Below are positions 28,578 through 64,000 of a stretch of 64,000 nt of DNA, piece by piece. Made by a program: the position numbers and the translations under genes. Within the stretch, counting starts at the first letter, position 1. The number at the start of each line of letters is the position of its first letter. The stretch comes from Tubiluchus corallicola. Lineage: Eukaryota > Animalia > Priapulida. The notes under the pieces were generated by a model. It saw only the letters and a list, made by a program, of their open reading frames with translations, did not search any database and was not told the origin of the DNA. Where the stretch lies: positions 1-64,000 of the forward strand of contig JAQGDQ010000695.1 of assembly GCA_030141605.1 (NCBI GenBank), written 5' to 3'.

Positions 28578-29076
28578 TATCACGGTGAAATACTGGTTCT
28601 TGTCTGATCTGATGGGTGAGCGCCTAGGAATACCAGGATGCTGTAGGCTTGCGTGATGCCCACACTGCATCTCGAAACTAGGCGGAGGAACTGCACAAGC
28701 AGCCAACAGCTATATGGCGGAGGCGGTCAAGTGAGCCAACGGCCATGTGTAGAGGAGTAAACCTTCTCGAATGTAGCCCCGAAGGCGGACCAGTGCAGCA
28801 TGCTCACTGACTCCGGCAGCTCCTGCAGCCAACCTGGTGCCAAACGTATCGCTCCGCTTTGCTTTGGACTACATCAGGGAGAAAGAGAGGGGTTCCTGTT
28901 GTCTGGGCAACTCAGGATCTCGTAACACCTTGCCCAGGCGTGCGCCCTGCAGACGTTCAAGGATCGCACTGCTCAGCCACAGTCGACGCTGCAGCTCCAT
29001 CAATGTGATCAATAACTGACTCTCTCGGCGCACACTCCATTGTCTACCGAGACAGAAGGATGCCAACAACAACAAC
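28578..29076 (+). mobile_element. 5S rRNA-derived SINE (SINE3-type), with (CAA)n tail
   Basis: Head matches 5S rRNA (GGTTCTTGTCTGATC; GATGGGTGAGCGCCTAGGAATACCAGGATGCTGTAGGCTT); 10-bp TSD TCATTTCGTT at 28568-28577 and 29077-29086; body shared with 47040-47423 and 50912-51128. Confidence 0.88.
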
Positions 29077-29235
29077 TCATTTCGTTCTCTAACCCGTTGC
29101 ATTTTTGTTTATTGATTTCTGTTTATTTATTTATACAATTATTTATTGTATAACAAAACTGCAACAATTTTTTTAGTCTGCTGGTTTAGTGGTCCATTGC
29201 CGTGACGATGAGGACTAGCGCCTAATCAATGATAA

Positions 29236-64000
<34,765 letters not shown>

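Noticed and set aside
28578-28652. Functional 5S rRNA gene
   Set aside because: 5' end and ~40 internal nt missing; lies inside a TSD-bounded retroelement

Overview
AT-rich, repeat-dense eukaryotic genomic DNA, probably from a protostome invertebrate (inferred from an ionotropic-receptor-type gene). The right half holds a 19-exon MLH1 (MutL homolog 1) gene on the + strand. It starts at ATG 29236 and runs off the window end inside the last exon; I checked every junction by hand for GT-AG and frame. An intronless, ATD-less ionotropic glutamate receptor/IR-type gene (54890-56296, +) is nested on the same strand in MLH1 intron 15. MLH1 exon 7 is followed by ~11 tandem copies of its own 3' end plus splice donor, each able to fold a hairpin that masks the donor. 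A TSD-bounded 5S rRNA-headed SINE sits 160 bp upstream of the MLH1 start codon. The left half is mostly tandem arrays (24-145 bp units) and MITEs, with weaker evidence for a small minus-strand spliced gene (~18970-20273) and a first exon at 4875-4933. Mobile elements include hAT, Tc1/pogo, piggyBac and Kolobok-like MITEs, a tRNA-derived SINE and RTE LINE fragments. There are no CRISPR arrays or prokaryotic features.
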